Shown: positions 1 through 10,537 of the stretch, one piece after another
Position numbering within the stretch: position 1 is the stretch's first letter
How the letters are laid out: every line of letters starts with the position of its first letter
NCBI RefSeq assembly: GCF_006345805.1
Contig: NW_021823786.1
Coordinates: forward strand, 1-22,323
Reading direction: 5' to 3'
Origin: Octopus sinensis
Taxonomy: Eukaryota
DNA length: 22,323 nt
Notes under the pieces: model-generated
Told to the model about the DNA's origin: nothing
Databases searched by the model: none
What the model saw: only the letters and a program-made list of their open reading frames with translations
Translations under genes and position numbers: made by a program

Positions 1-40
1 TTGAAGAAGATAAAAAAAAGTAGTAATAATAATATAATAA

Positions 41-559
41 TACAAGCAGTGGCTCTCATGGCTTCTTATCTTAACTGATTGAAAGTGTTATATACATTGT
101 TTTATCTCAGTATAAAAGATGGGCCACAGCAAATATGCTGCTCAGTCTCACAGATTTGCTTGTCAGTTGCTTGACCTCAACCAGCTGAGCACGTCCCTTA
201 TGGCTGACGACGTGCACCTCTGATCACGAGCAGAAGTAGTAGGAGAGCATCATAGTCATGTGTTGAGAGGAATTCTTTGGGGGTTTGGATAATTCCCATC
301 TGGAAACATGGGTGTTTCGTTCATCATCCTTAAACAAACCTTATTCAGGAACCTTTCGATCGGGATGGGATACTTGACCTGAAGAAAATTCTAATGTCAT
401 GCACCGTTTATCTTGATATAAAATCACCATGTCACGCATATATAGTTGTGATGCATGTGCCTGGTGTACTCTTATCAGACGGGTAATCATGATGGGTATA
501 ACAGGTTTCGTATATTTTACCCCACTGTCACTTTGATGGCCAGCACCGCACTCTCTATC

Positions 560-560
<1 letters not shown>
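41..560 (+). mobile_element. ~540-bp (AAT)n-embedded interspersed element, copy 1 (probable non-LTR retroposon or its 3' part)
   Basis: Colinear and highly similar to 14731-15274 (+), 19981-20415 (-) and 20793-21250 (-). (AAT)n on both flanks; no ORF. Confidence 0.85.
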
Positions 561-629
<69 letters not shown>

Positions 630-647
630 TTAATAATAATAATAATA
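561..647. repeat. (AAT)n microsatellite shared by the element above and the tail of the adjacent SINE
   Basis: Direct reading. Confidence 0.95.
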
Positions 648-829
648 ATCCTATCTACCTTATGCACAAGGCCTGACATTTTGTGGGCCGTTGTCTAGTC
701 GATTGCCCCAACCCCAGTGCTCGAATGGCACTTATTTTGCTGGTGGTATTTGAACTCAGAACGTAAAGCCGGATGAAATAACGCTAAGTATTTTGTCCGG
801 GGTGCGGACGGTTTTGCCAGCTAACTGTC
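648..829 (-). mobile_element. tRNA-derived SINE family A, tail type 2 ((ATT)n tail), internally deleted and old
   Basis: Minus strand reads AGCTGGCAAAA...ACGTTCTGAGTTCAAAT (B-box-like)...CAGGCCTTGTGCATAAGGTAGATAGGATTATT. Homologous to 19349-19565. Confidence 0.75.
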
Positions 830-830
830 T

Positions 831-1049
831 TAATAATAATAATGATGATGATAACAACAACAACAACAACAACAATAATAAAAATAATAATAATAATAGC
901 AACAAGAACAGCAACAACAACAATTACGTGAAAGGCTATATCAAGAACACCGTAGCAGGAGATCACTTGCTGTTATGACATTACACATTAAAACACGCTC
1001 TGCACAATTGCTCTTCAACACACACACACGCACACACACACACACACAC

Positions 1050-1092
<43 letters not shown>

Positions 1093-1140
1093 ACACACAC
1101 ACAGAACGCACGCACATAGAGAAACACAAACGCACACACT
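831..1140. repeat. (AAT)/(AAC)n tract followed by (CA)n microsatellite
   Basis: Direct reading. Confidence 0.9.
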
Positions 1141-1487
1141 TATAAATTGAAGTCCTTATCGCTGAATACATGTAAACAAAACTGCCACGAGATCACGTTC
1201 CTAGATGAAACCTACGCCATGATGACATGAAACTAATGTACTGGAACTAACGTTTATCTCCTTATAGATATAATATTTCAAATTTGCCATGATTTATAAT
1301 AGGAACTGGACATTTTAATCTGGTCTTCCTGTAACTATTGGAAAATGGCGGATTCATGGACAATGAAATAATCTCTACTTAGATATTCCCTTATTCATCG
1401 ACAGTTTTATTTAGTTCAAGACATTATATACACCAATTTGCACCAATATTTCATCAGTGGTTTGCCTCTCCTTTGTTCCAAAGCTTG

Positions 1488-1676
1488 TTTCTTATTTCTT
1501 TATTGCCCACAGGGGGCTAAACATAGAGGGGACAAATAAGGGCAGACAAAGGGATTAAGTCGATTACATCGACCCCAGTGCGTAGCTGGTACTTAATTTA
1601 TCGATCCCGAAAGGATAAAAGGCAAAGTCGACCTCGGTGGAATTTGAACTCAGAACGTAGCAGCAGACGAAATACC
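1488..1676 (-). mobile_element. SINE family A, tail type 1, 5'-truncated second unit of a dimer
   Basis: Near-identical to the 3' ~185 nt of 1677-1903; begins at GGTATTTCG inside the head. Confidence 0.9.
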
Positions 1677-1903
1677 TATTTCTTTATTACCCACAAGGGG
1701 CTAAACATAGAGGGGACAAACAAGGACAGACATAGGTATTAAGTCGATTACATCGACCCCAGTGCGTAACTGGTACTTAATTTATCGACCCCGAAAGGAT
1801 AAAAGGCAAAGTCGACCTCGGTGGAATTTGAACTCAGAACGTAGCAGCAGACGAAATACCGCTAAGCATTTCGCCCGGTGTGTTAACGTTTCTGCCAGCT
1901 CGC
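1677..1903 (-). mobile_element. tRNA-derived SINE family A, tail type 1, full length
   Basis: Head GCGAGCTGGCAGAAACGTTAAC (A-box-like) and GAGTTCAAATTC (B-box-like); tail ending AATAAAGAAATA. Homologous to 11346-11576. Confidence 0.9.
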
Positions 1904-2015
1904 TTCTTTCAAGCTCACTAGCTAATCGCGACGCCGCAGCCTGGTTTGGCACTGCATTTCCCTATATATCGTTGGCGGGGAGATGAAACGCTGCTATTTC
2001 TAGTGGTCGAGCATC

Positions 2016-2060
2016 CACCACTGATAAGACCAAGGAAGGTCGAAATCGCGTGACCTGGTG
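2016..2060 (+). ncRNA. Degenerate type I hammerhead ribozyme motif (Penelope-like remnant), probably inactive
   Basis: CACCA-CTGATAA-GACC-aaggaa-GGTC-GAAA-TCGCGT-GACC-TGGTG: perfect 4-bp stem II and CACCA/TGGTG stem I, but G8->A and extra bases around the cleavage site. Confidence 0.55.
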
Positions 2061-2409
2061 CTTTTGGTGCTGGAGATATAAACGGGAGTGGATTTTGCAC
2101 AAAAAAACCCAATATGAGTGTTTCTCTCATAGTAACAACTGCAGTATAGTATGACCTAACAGAACATCCATTTAAGTGGGGATTAATATTACATCTCAGT
2201 TTTAATGCAACCTTTGTCGCTCATATATACAATATATTTAGTATGTATAATGTGTAGTTTTATATGACACTGAAACCCTTAGCAGTTAATTTATTCATGA
2301 TTACAATCAGAAATATCACCCTCTGGGCGGTTTTCTCTTAGTCGTTGAATAATTAAATTAATTCACATTTTGTGTAAATTGATCGGAGATGCTTCGTATA
2401 CTTTCTCTT

Positions 2410-2888
2410 AGGTGCAACTATAGCTGTGTGATAAGAAGCTTGCTTCCTAACCACATGGTTTCAAGTCCAGACTTCATTCCCACTGCGTGGCACCTTAAGC
2501 AAGTATCTTCTAATGTAGCCTTGAGCCGACCAAAGCCCTGTGAGTGGATTTGGTAGAGAGAAACTGAAAGAAGCTCGTCACACACACACACACATACATA
2601 TACATATATATATGTGTGTGTGTGTATGTGTGTGTGTGTGAGTGAGTGTGTGTGTGCGCGCACACGTGTCTGTGTTAGTAGCTCATAACCACTTGACAAC
2701 TGGTGTTGGCGTGCTTATATCCCCGTAAGTTAGTGGTTCGTCAAAAAGGACCGATAGAATAAGTAGCAGGTTTAACAAAAACTTAAGTACTGGGGTCATT
2801 TCACTCGACTAAAAAATTCTTCAAGGCGGTGCCCCAGCATGGTCGCAATCTGATGACTGCAACAAGTAAAAAGTAGAAGGTAAAAGGT
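2410..2888 (+). mobile_element. tRNA-derived SINE family B with central (CA)/(TA)/(TG) microsatellite
   Basis: 5' half homologous to 9420-9580, 3' half homologous to 10196-10360; ends ...CCAGCATGGTCGC...GACTGCAACAAGTAAAAAG. Confidence 0.85.
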
Positions 2889-3124
2889 CGTACCGTTTAT
2901 TCGTTGAATAAGCCTTACTTGCTGAATAAATAAATTTAGAATATTAGCAAGTACTCAAGGACAGTGTTAGAATTTGATGAAGAAATCAGGTATTATCATG
3001 ATTTGACTTAGCCACGCAGAATCCTCCGTTTATCGTGTACATATCAATATATTAACATATATATAATATATATATATATATAATATATATAATATATATA
3101 TAATATATATAATATATATATAAA

Positions 3125-3335
3125 TAAATATTAGGGAATAAATCCAAACTTACAGGGAAAAATCAGATTTAGGATTAAATCCATTTTTAGTAAAATATTA
3201 TATTACATTAATATTTTTTAAATAATTTTGATATATATTTAAAATAATATAAATGAATTAATCTTATGTATTGGCTTAAGTTTTTCATTGTATGATTTGC
3301 CTAATAGTGGTTTTATCTCTAATTTAATATAATAT
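3125..3335 (-). mobile_element. (TA)n-flanked AT-rich element, family shared with 12433-12712
   Basis: Reverse complement of 3130-3168 (TTTTTCCCTGTAAGTTTGGATTTATTCCCTAATATT) matches ~12672-12710; both copies also begin (TA)n-AAATTAGA. Confidence 0.75.
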
Positions 3336-3342
3336 ATATATA

Positions 3343-3590
3343 GTCAATCCAAACAAGAACAAGAAAAAAACAGAACAGCGTGGGGACGTGGTACAAGTAC
3401 TGTACTATTGGACGCTCAGGTAAGGAGAGGAAAGTAAGAGGATTTCACGTTTCGAGTGAAGCTCTTCATCAGACATATAGAAAAAGTCCAAAGAAGGGAA
3501 GACGGACAAAGAAAATTACCAACGATACACCCGCGGTCACTTCTTGTAGACGAAGAAAATAAATACCTCCTTAATTGAAAATCTCTCAAC
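3343..3590 (-). mobile_element. Penelope-like 3' remnant with hammerhead core, ending at (TA)n
   Basis: Minus strand CTGATGA-A-GAG-cttca-CTC-GAAAC-GTG (3472-3446), then CCTGAGCGT and a T-rich tail to (TA)n, as in 12272-12426 and 16950-17142. Confidence 0.6.
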
Positions 3591-4188
3591 CAGTTTTGTC
3601 TTTATCATTACCCCATCTTCGTTGCACAGCTATAAGTGTACAGACATAAGAAATGATAAGTTTTTAAATTCCCGTTTATCATATGAATACGTTTATCATA
3701 TAACACGAGAACTAGAATTTACTATTAGAAGCTCTGTTTTTCTTCAGTTAGAATGAATATGATTCGGCTAACGCTGGGTTAATCATATAATTTGAAGGAA
3801 TATTTGTTATTGGTCAGTAGAAAGTAACATCCTGATATGTGTGTGTGAATGTGCGCGCGCGTGTGTGTCTTGCCAACGAAGGGGAGAGTGAATTGACGGA
3901 CGGCCGAGTCAACTGTGAGGCTAGTGATTCGCATGTTGTCACAAAGTCGGTGTTGTGTCTATGATAAAGATAATTCAAATTACAACGGCAGATTCCATCT
4001 GTCTCTAACACGATACCTCTATGTTGTTAGTAAACCTGTTAATAATAGCAGAAAAAATTCTTAAAACCCAGCTTACTGTTTCTTAGTTAAGAAGTGGCAT
4101 AATTTTTATGTGTACGGAGTTGAATGAAATGATTTTACTGCCTTACTTCTGAATATCCTTGTTGCTTATTTTGGTTTTATATATATAT

Positions 4189-4452
4189 ATATATAGAAAA
4201 TAGTAAAAATTGAAAAAACTATAGAAGGCTTGTTTTAAAAGGTTAAAAAATATATATTTGAGTCAATATGTTTGAAGAATGTTATAAATTTTTTTATACT
4301 ATGTCATTGTATGAAAAAAATTTATAACATTCTTCAGACATATTGACTCCAAATATATTTTTTAACCTTTTAAAACAAGCCTTCTGTAGTTTTTCGCTTT
4401 TACTATTTTCTATATATTCAACCACGTGCTTTCACATACCAACTTTCTTACC
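4189..4452 (+). mobile_element. Fold-back element: ~110-bp inverted arms, 9-nt loop, 35-nt one-sided extension to (TA)n
   Basis: 4189-4299 is the reverse complement (few mismatches) of 4309-4417; 4418-4452 is unpaired. Confidence 0.8.
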
Positions 4453-4488
4453 TATATATATATATATATATTATATATATGTAACACT

Positions 4489-4917
4489 TATAAATAAGGA
4501 CAAAAGAAAAAATTCCAATGCCAAATATTCCGTAAAAAGCCTTTAAATTGTCAATAACCACATATAAGCACGCGTCTCGAGCAATCTGACAGAAATTTAA
4601 AAAAAAAAAAAAAAAAGAAAAGAAATCCGTTATGACCGAATCGGTCTGATTTCTGAGTTTTCTCGTCATACGTTAAGAAATAAATGAAATATCTACTTGC
4701 GCCCATGGAAGAAGTAGATGCAAAGTCATTTGCTTCGAGACACGTACTTACAGTGATGATTATATGTGGTTGTTGAAAATTTAAAGTCTATTCTCAATAT
4801 ATTTGGCATTGGAATTTTTTTCTTTTGCCCTTATTTATAGGTTGTTTATAATTTTCACCTTGAAAGGTATTTTTTAATATGCTGACCACTGATAAAATGT
4901 TTTGAAAATTTTATCCT
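4489..4917 (+). mobile_element. Fold-back element: ~100-bp imperfect inverted arms with ~78-nt one-sided extension
   Basis: 4489-4584 (TATAAATAAGGACAAAAGAAAAAATTCCAATGCCAAATAT...) pairs with 4730-4839. Confidence 0.75.
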
Positions 4918-5136
4918 ATATTTTATATATAATATATATATTGTTGGCCTCCTTTTGTCTCGGGAGACAATGGAGTTGCGCATAAACTAATCTAGTCTGG
5001 TTTTTACATTTCATGTCCTCTCCAGTTTTGCGCAGGACTGAGCTAGATGCAAAAAAATCCTGGGTAGCCCAATCGTCAGGATTCCTCTCTGACCTTGCTG
5101 ATGAAGTGCAAAGGAGTGTAGAGCATTACATTTGGC

Positions 5137-5180
<44 letters not shown>

Positions 5181-5188
<8 letters not shown>

Positions 5189-5400
5189 ATTAAGGACTGA
5201 ACACGAAAAGGTGGACAGTCAACATGCTAGATATAGACGTCAAATCGCCATTCTCCACAAAGATTTTGTTCTAGCAGTTGACTGTCCACCTTTTCGTGTT
5301 CAGTCCTTAATTGGTATATATTAAATATTTTATCTTCGGATTCTTTTTAATGTGCTAGACCATGGTTTTAATTGACTAATATCAATTTCTACCCTTAATT
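5181..5400 (+). mobile_element. Fold-back element: ~51-bp inverted arms, ~38-nt loop, ~80-nt one-sided extension to (TA)n
   Basis: TAAGGACTGAACACGAAAAGGTGGACAGTCAAC (within 5181-5231) pairs with GTTGACTGTCCACCTTTTCGTGTTCAGTCCTTA (within 5270-5321). Confidence 0.8.
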
Positions 5401-5423
5401 TATATATATATATATATATATAA

Positions 5424-5650
5424 TATACTTCGAAGTATACGTCTCGCTTTTATCCTTCGAAACGTTAGTAGATGAAATCTTAGCGACTGAGAAGGGGATT
5501 TTTCGTTGTGCTTATTGTCCTGTATCTCTCCCTTTTTTGCTTGTCTTGTTCCTTGGTTGTTGTCTAGTTGTGTTTCGTCTCTCTATGTGTTCGACGTCTT
5601 TTTGGGTCCTGTACACATATATGCGTGTAATGTACCTGGAGAGGTAGGTA
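5424..5650 (+). mobile_element. (TA)n-flanked Penelope-like remnant
   Basis: Starts with the 16-bp palindrome TATACTTCGAAGTATA; contains TCGAAACGTT...CTGAGAAGG and a T-rich 3' part resembling 9850-10025. Confidence 0.45.
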
Positions 5651-5689
5651 CGTAATATATGTTTATATAACATATATTTCTATTTTATT

Positions 5690-7238
5690 AACATATTATA
5701 TATATATATAATTATATATATATATATGTGCGTGTGTGTGTGTTGTTTGTGTGTATATATGCACACACACACACAACATATATATATACAGAGAGAGAAA
5801 GAGAGAGAGAGAGAGAGGGGGAGATAGAGTGGAGGAGTGAGATGTTGGATAGATTGATATAGATAGAAACGTAGATATGGACATGTAGATGTATACATTC
5901 ACACACACTAGAAAATTAAACAGGGTACATACATCGCGTACTCATTGCGGGTATATTCTTCCTCTACTACTACTACTACTACTATACTACTACTACTACT
6001 ACTATACTACTACTACTACTAATACTAATACTACTACTACTACTACTACCTCCATATTCAGTACAATGATTATTACCATTAGGGAAAAAGAGGGAAAAGG
6101 AAATAAGGAAATAAGGAAAAGGAAAAGTAGAAAAGGACTATATATCAAAAAGGAATGAAGGCCACTACACGACTGACTACTTCAACAATGAAAATAACAA
6201 CACTACAAATATCAACAAGAGCATCAACATGGTTACACAACAAAACCATGATGAACAGTAATAACCACAACAACAAACACTATCATCATAACCACGCTCC
6301 GCCATTAGCTCCTCCACCACCACCACCACCATCGTCAGGAATAATAACAACAACAACAACAGCAACAACAACACGAAGAGAGCATCAACAGCAGCAATAT
6401 CAACAGCAGTGATATTGCCAGCAACACTAGCAACAGCATTAACACCAACATCACCACCACCACCACCACCACCACAACCACCACCACCACCACCACCACC
6501 ACCACCAACCAAACAACAACAACAACAACAACAACAATAACAACAACAACAACGACGACGACGGTAACAGCGTTTAAACTACAATACAATTACAACAGCC
6601 TTATTCATACGCCATTTTCATTCTCGTTTCGTTTCGTTTCCTTCTTTCTTTCTTTCTTTCTTTCTACCTTTTCTTTCTTTTTTTTCTTTCTTTTTGTTTT
6701 CTTTTTGTTTTCTTTCATTTCTTTCTTCCCTCTTATCGTTTTCAACAATTACAATTTCCGAAATAATTCTCTACCAATCGATCACCACATTGTTTTTCCT
6801 TTCCTCTTGCTTTCCCTCACCCCACTCCACTTTGAACTACCACCACCACACCACCACACCACCACCACCACCACCACACCATCTCCTCCATCTCCTCCTA
6901 TTCATTTCCCCCTCTATCATTCATTCTGTTTTCAATCACTCATAATATATTTCGTCAGTCTGTCCGCATCACCTCCATCACCACCGCCGCCGCCACCGCC
7001 ACCTCCACCATCACCACCACCACCACCACAGCTACCACAACAGCTGACATATATTTATAAAGTGGAGAATAAGAACAACAACAGCAACAACAACAACAAC
7101 AACAACAACAACAAAAACAATAACAACAACATTTGAATTGTTAAAATTGGAAAATAGAAACGAAAGCAACCGTTGTTTCTTTTTTGGTGTGAGTTGCGTG
7201 TGATGTATGTGTTTATGCATGTATGTGTCCTTTTAATT

Positions 7239-7272
<34 letters not shown>

Positions 7273-7458
7273 CCATCATCATCATCATTATTATTATTAT
7301 CATTATTATTATCATTATTATTTAATCCATTTTCGTTTGCTGCTTCGGGTAAATATTTTTTGGAACGGGTGGGGGAGATATTCTTCCCTATACTCCTTAC
7401 TGCATTACAAAATTTTACATAATTTTTGTTGTTACTATTGAAGCAAAAGAATTATTAC

Positions 7459-7532
<74 letters not shown>

Positions 7533-7668
7533 GTTGCGCAAATCAATAAGCGGAAGAAGTATTATTTTTGTTATTAAAAAAAAAAGCGAAGACATTTTTT
7601 TTTTGCAGTTTTGGAGAAATGTTATTTTGCCATTCTGACCATACGAGCTGTTTTCCTTGTGTGTGTGT

Positions 7669-7744
<76 letters not shown>

Positions 7745-8525
7745 CTGTGTGAATGCCTGTGCGCTTGTCACTTCCGGCTTTAAGTTTGCATCTCTTCTGA
7801 TATACCTGTTGCTTTTCATTCTCCATTACTGCAAACACTATCACCGCTAGAAATACCACAACCAACAGTACCAGCAGCAGCACCATCACCAAATAACAAC
7901 AACCACGGACACCACAATAACCCGTACCACAATCATACCTAAAAATATCAGAACCAAAAGCAATACTTCTCACTCCACCACCACCACCACCACCACTACC
8001 AAACCACCAAACTAACACCACCACCATCACCACCACTACGATCACAACCACCATCATCATCAATCCTACGACCATCTCCTATACCATCACCAGCAGTAAA
8101 CCACTAGTATCACCATCACCAACCACATATACTATAAGCACCACCTGTACTACCATCATCACCCCCACCACTATCACCACCACTACCACCATCAAAGCCG
8201 CAATCTATACCACTGCCAGCACCACCATCACCACTACCACAGCCAACTCCTATACCATCACCACCACCACCACCACCACCACCCACCACCATCACTACCA
8301 CCACCATCACCTCCGACACTATCAACACTACAATCTATACAATTCCCACTACTACTTCCACAACCAACACCACCAATACCACCACCACCAACAACAACAA
8401 CATCTCTACCACGCCACCGTTAACTATGAGCACCTGAACCACAGGCATTACCTCTACAAACCGCAGTGAGCGGCACCACAGCTACCATAACCGCCACCAT
8501 CACCACCACCACTACCACTACAGCA

Positions 8526-8586
<61 letters not shown>

Positions 8587-8590
8587 TTCT
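5690..8590. repeat. ~2.9-kb mosaic of simple repeats: (TA), (GA), (CTA), (CAC), (CAA), (CAT), (ATT), (GT), (CTTT)
   Basis: Direct reading; explains the poly-T/P/H/N/Y/V ORFs in the track. Confidence 0.9.
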
Positions 8591-8934
8591 AGCAACAACT
8601 GCGAAAACAACATGCCGGTGCAATAAAAGAACCGAATTGTCTTGACTGCTGCGAACAGCAAATAGCAAATAATGGTGAGCTGGTACCTTGGTTTCAGAAG
8701 AGTATAGGGAATGGTGATGATGAGAACCAAAGTTTGGTGAAGTGGATGAGAGAATGAGAGAGGGAGTGGGCTGTAACGGAAGAGGAATAATAGGAGAGGA
8801 AAAGGTAATGTAACCAAATATAGAACGGACGAAGTAAAGGAGGAAAGAAGGATAGCAAAACAAAAGAAAAATTTGAATGGATCGGAAGGAAGCAAAGAAA
8901 GAGAGAAAGAAAGGATTTTAGTTAGATAGATAGT

Positions 8935-8951
8935 TAGACAGACAGACAGAC

Positions 8952-9048
<97 letters not shown>
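8935..9048. repeat. Compound (GACA)n-(GATA)n tetranucleotide microsatellite
   Basis: Direct reading. Confidence 0.95.
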
Positions 9049-9049
<1 letters not shown>

Positions 9050-9331
9050 GTTTCTTTATTGGCCACACAGGGCTGCACACAGATGGGACAAGTTACAAGG
9101 TAGAGCTTTTGGGCTGGGGGGATGAAAAAACAAAAGACAAAAAACAAAAGAAACAAAAAAAGGTGGCGTAGGTTTTCGATCAAAAGGGATCGTAAAAGGG
9201 AAAAAGAACAAAAAAATAAAGAAAAAAAAGAAAAAAAAAGAAAAAAAGGAAAAGGAACAAAAGAAAAGAAAAAGGAAAAAAAGAAGAAAAAAGGGGAAAA
9301 AAAGGGGAAGAGGAAAAAAAACAAAAAAAAC
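9049..9331 (-). mobile_element. ~280-bp retroposon 3' end (probable 5'-truncated LINE) inserted in (GATA)n
   Basis: (GATA)n on both sides. Minus strand ends ...CAGCCCTGTGTGGCCAATAAAGAAAC then (TATC)n; the terminal 41 nt match the SINE A tail 1. Confidence 0.6.
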
Positions 9332-9419
9332 GATAGATAGATAGATAGATAAGAATGGATGGATGGATGAATGGACTGACAGACAGGAAATAGACAGATA
9401 AGCAGACTAGTACTTATAT

Positions 9420-10028
9420 AGGCGCAGGAGTGGCTGTGTGGTAAGAAGATTGCTTCCCAATCACATGGTTCCGGGTTCAGTCCCTCTGCGTGTCCCCTTG
9501 GGAAAATGTCTTCTACTATAGCTTCGGGCCGACCAGAGCCTTGTGAGACTGAAAGAAGACCATCGAATATATATATATATACTTGCCCACGTGGCTCTCA
9601 CGTGAACATCGGCTATCTTTCTTTCTTCCCGTAACTTGTGTTTCTTTCTTTCTCTCCATGTCCAAGCTTAATTTACGCGTTCGCCACCGCAACCTCATTT
9701 AGGCTTAGCAACCCTTCCTGTTTGTTATCAATGTCCTGTTTGTGTTACCAGTTTTGCCCCCCCCCGGGAAAAATACCAAATTTTATTTAATTTGCTTTGC
9801 GAGAGCAGCTGTTTTATTGAAAGAGCTCGAAATACGAAAGTAGAGTGTTAAGTGCTCGAAATACGAAAGTAGAAAAACAGCCAACAACTAATGAAGGATC
9901 GTTTTTTATGTTATTTGTCTTGTTTTCCTTTTGTGTCTTTCGTTTCGAAAAAATAAAAATAGTTCATATTCCATGTACTCGTACTTAGTATTTTTTGTTG
10001 TACATGTTTCATGACGTCCTGTGGCCAC

Positions 10029-10077
<49 letters not shown>

Positions 10078-10360
10078 GTATAGATGTAAGTATGTACATA
10101 TACGTATGTATATATGCATACATATATATTATTTATATGATATATATATATTTATCTATTTATGTATGTATGTATGTATGTATGTATGTATGTATGTATT
10201 TGTGTGTCTGTGTTTGTCCTCATCATCGCTTGACAAACGATAGTGGTGTGTTTACATCCGCGTAAAGAATAAATCCTGGCGTAGATTTGTTCGACTAAAG
10301 GCCGTGCTCAAGCATGGCGCAGTCAAATGATGAGTGAAACAAATAAATGAAATAAAAGAT
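9420..10360 (+). mobile_element. SINE family B, split: 5' half 9420-9580 and 3' half ~10196-10360
   Basis: Both halves are colinear with 2410-2888; GGCGCAGGAGTGGCTGTGTGGTAAG head and GGTTCAGTCCC B-box-like motif. Confidence 0.8.
9581..10028 (+). mobile_element. (TA)n-flanked element nested in the central microsatellite of SINE B
   Basis: Non-SINE sequence bounded by (TA)n on both sides; internal 20-bp direct repeat GCTCGAAATACGAAAGTAGA at 9825-9844 and 9854-9873. Confidence 0.6.
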
Positions 10361-10361
10361 C

Positions 10362-10392
<31 letters not shown>

Positions 10393-10537
10393 CTATATAT
10401 ATATACTATAATATATATATTATGTTATAATATATATATATATATTATATATTATATTATATACTTATATATATATAAATATGATATTATTTATATATGT
10501 ATGTATGCATATGTACATATATATATATATATATATA

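Noticed and set aside
1222-1240. ATGATGA-cat-GAAAC as a minimal hammerhead
   Set aside because: C3 is missing, there is no stem II and no NUH with stem I pairing.
1245-1400. Good branch point and acceptor (CTAAC...CCTTATAG) suggesting an exon
   Set aside because: All three downstream frames stop quickly and no convincing donor follows.
1860-1903. SINE heads as genuine tRNA genes
   Set aside because: Only A/B-box-like remnants fused to SINE bodies; no complete cloverleaf.
1905-2110. CpG-rich patch as a possible promoter
   Set aside because: Better explained as a young repeat remnant containing the degenerate hammerhead; no TSS evidence in sequence.
4627-4670. Minus-strand TGACGA...GAAA...GACCGATTCGGTC inside fold-back element 2
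   Set aside because: Palindromic stem-III-like part is suggestive, but C3, stem II and stem I cannot be drawn; not counted as a hammerhead.
5098-5104. Isolated CTGATGA motifs (also 2850 and 1452 minus), possible hammerhead or C/D box
   Set aside because: No correctly placed GAAA and stems, or partner box; expected by chance.
5013-5324. 103-aa ORF
   Set aside because: Runs through a (TA)n tract and a fold-back repeat; no homology recognised.
341-9340. Numerous ORFs of 60-247 aa with poly-I/N/T/V/H/Y/P/K runs
   Set aside because: They are translations of microsatellites that lack stop codons in some frames; no domain-like sequence.
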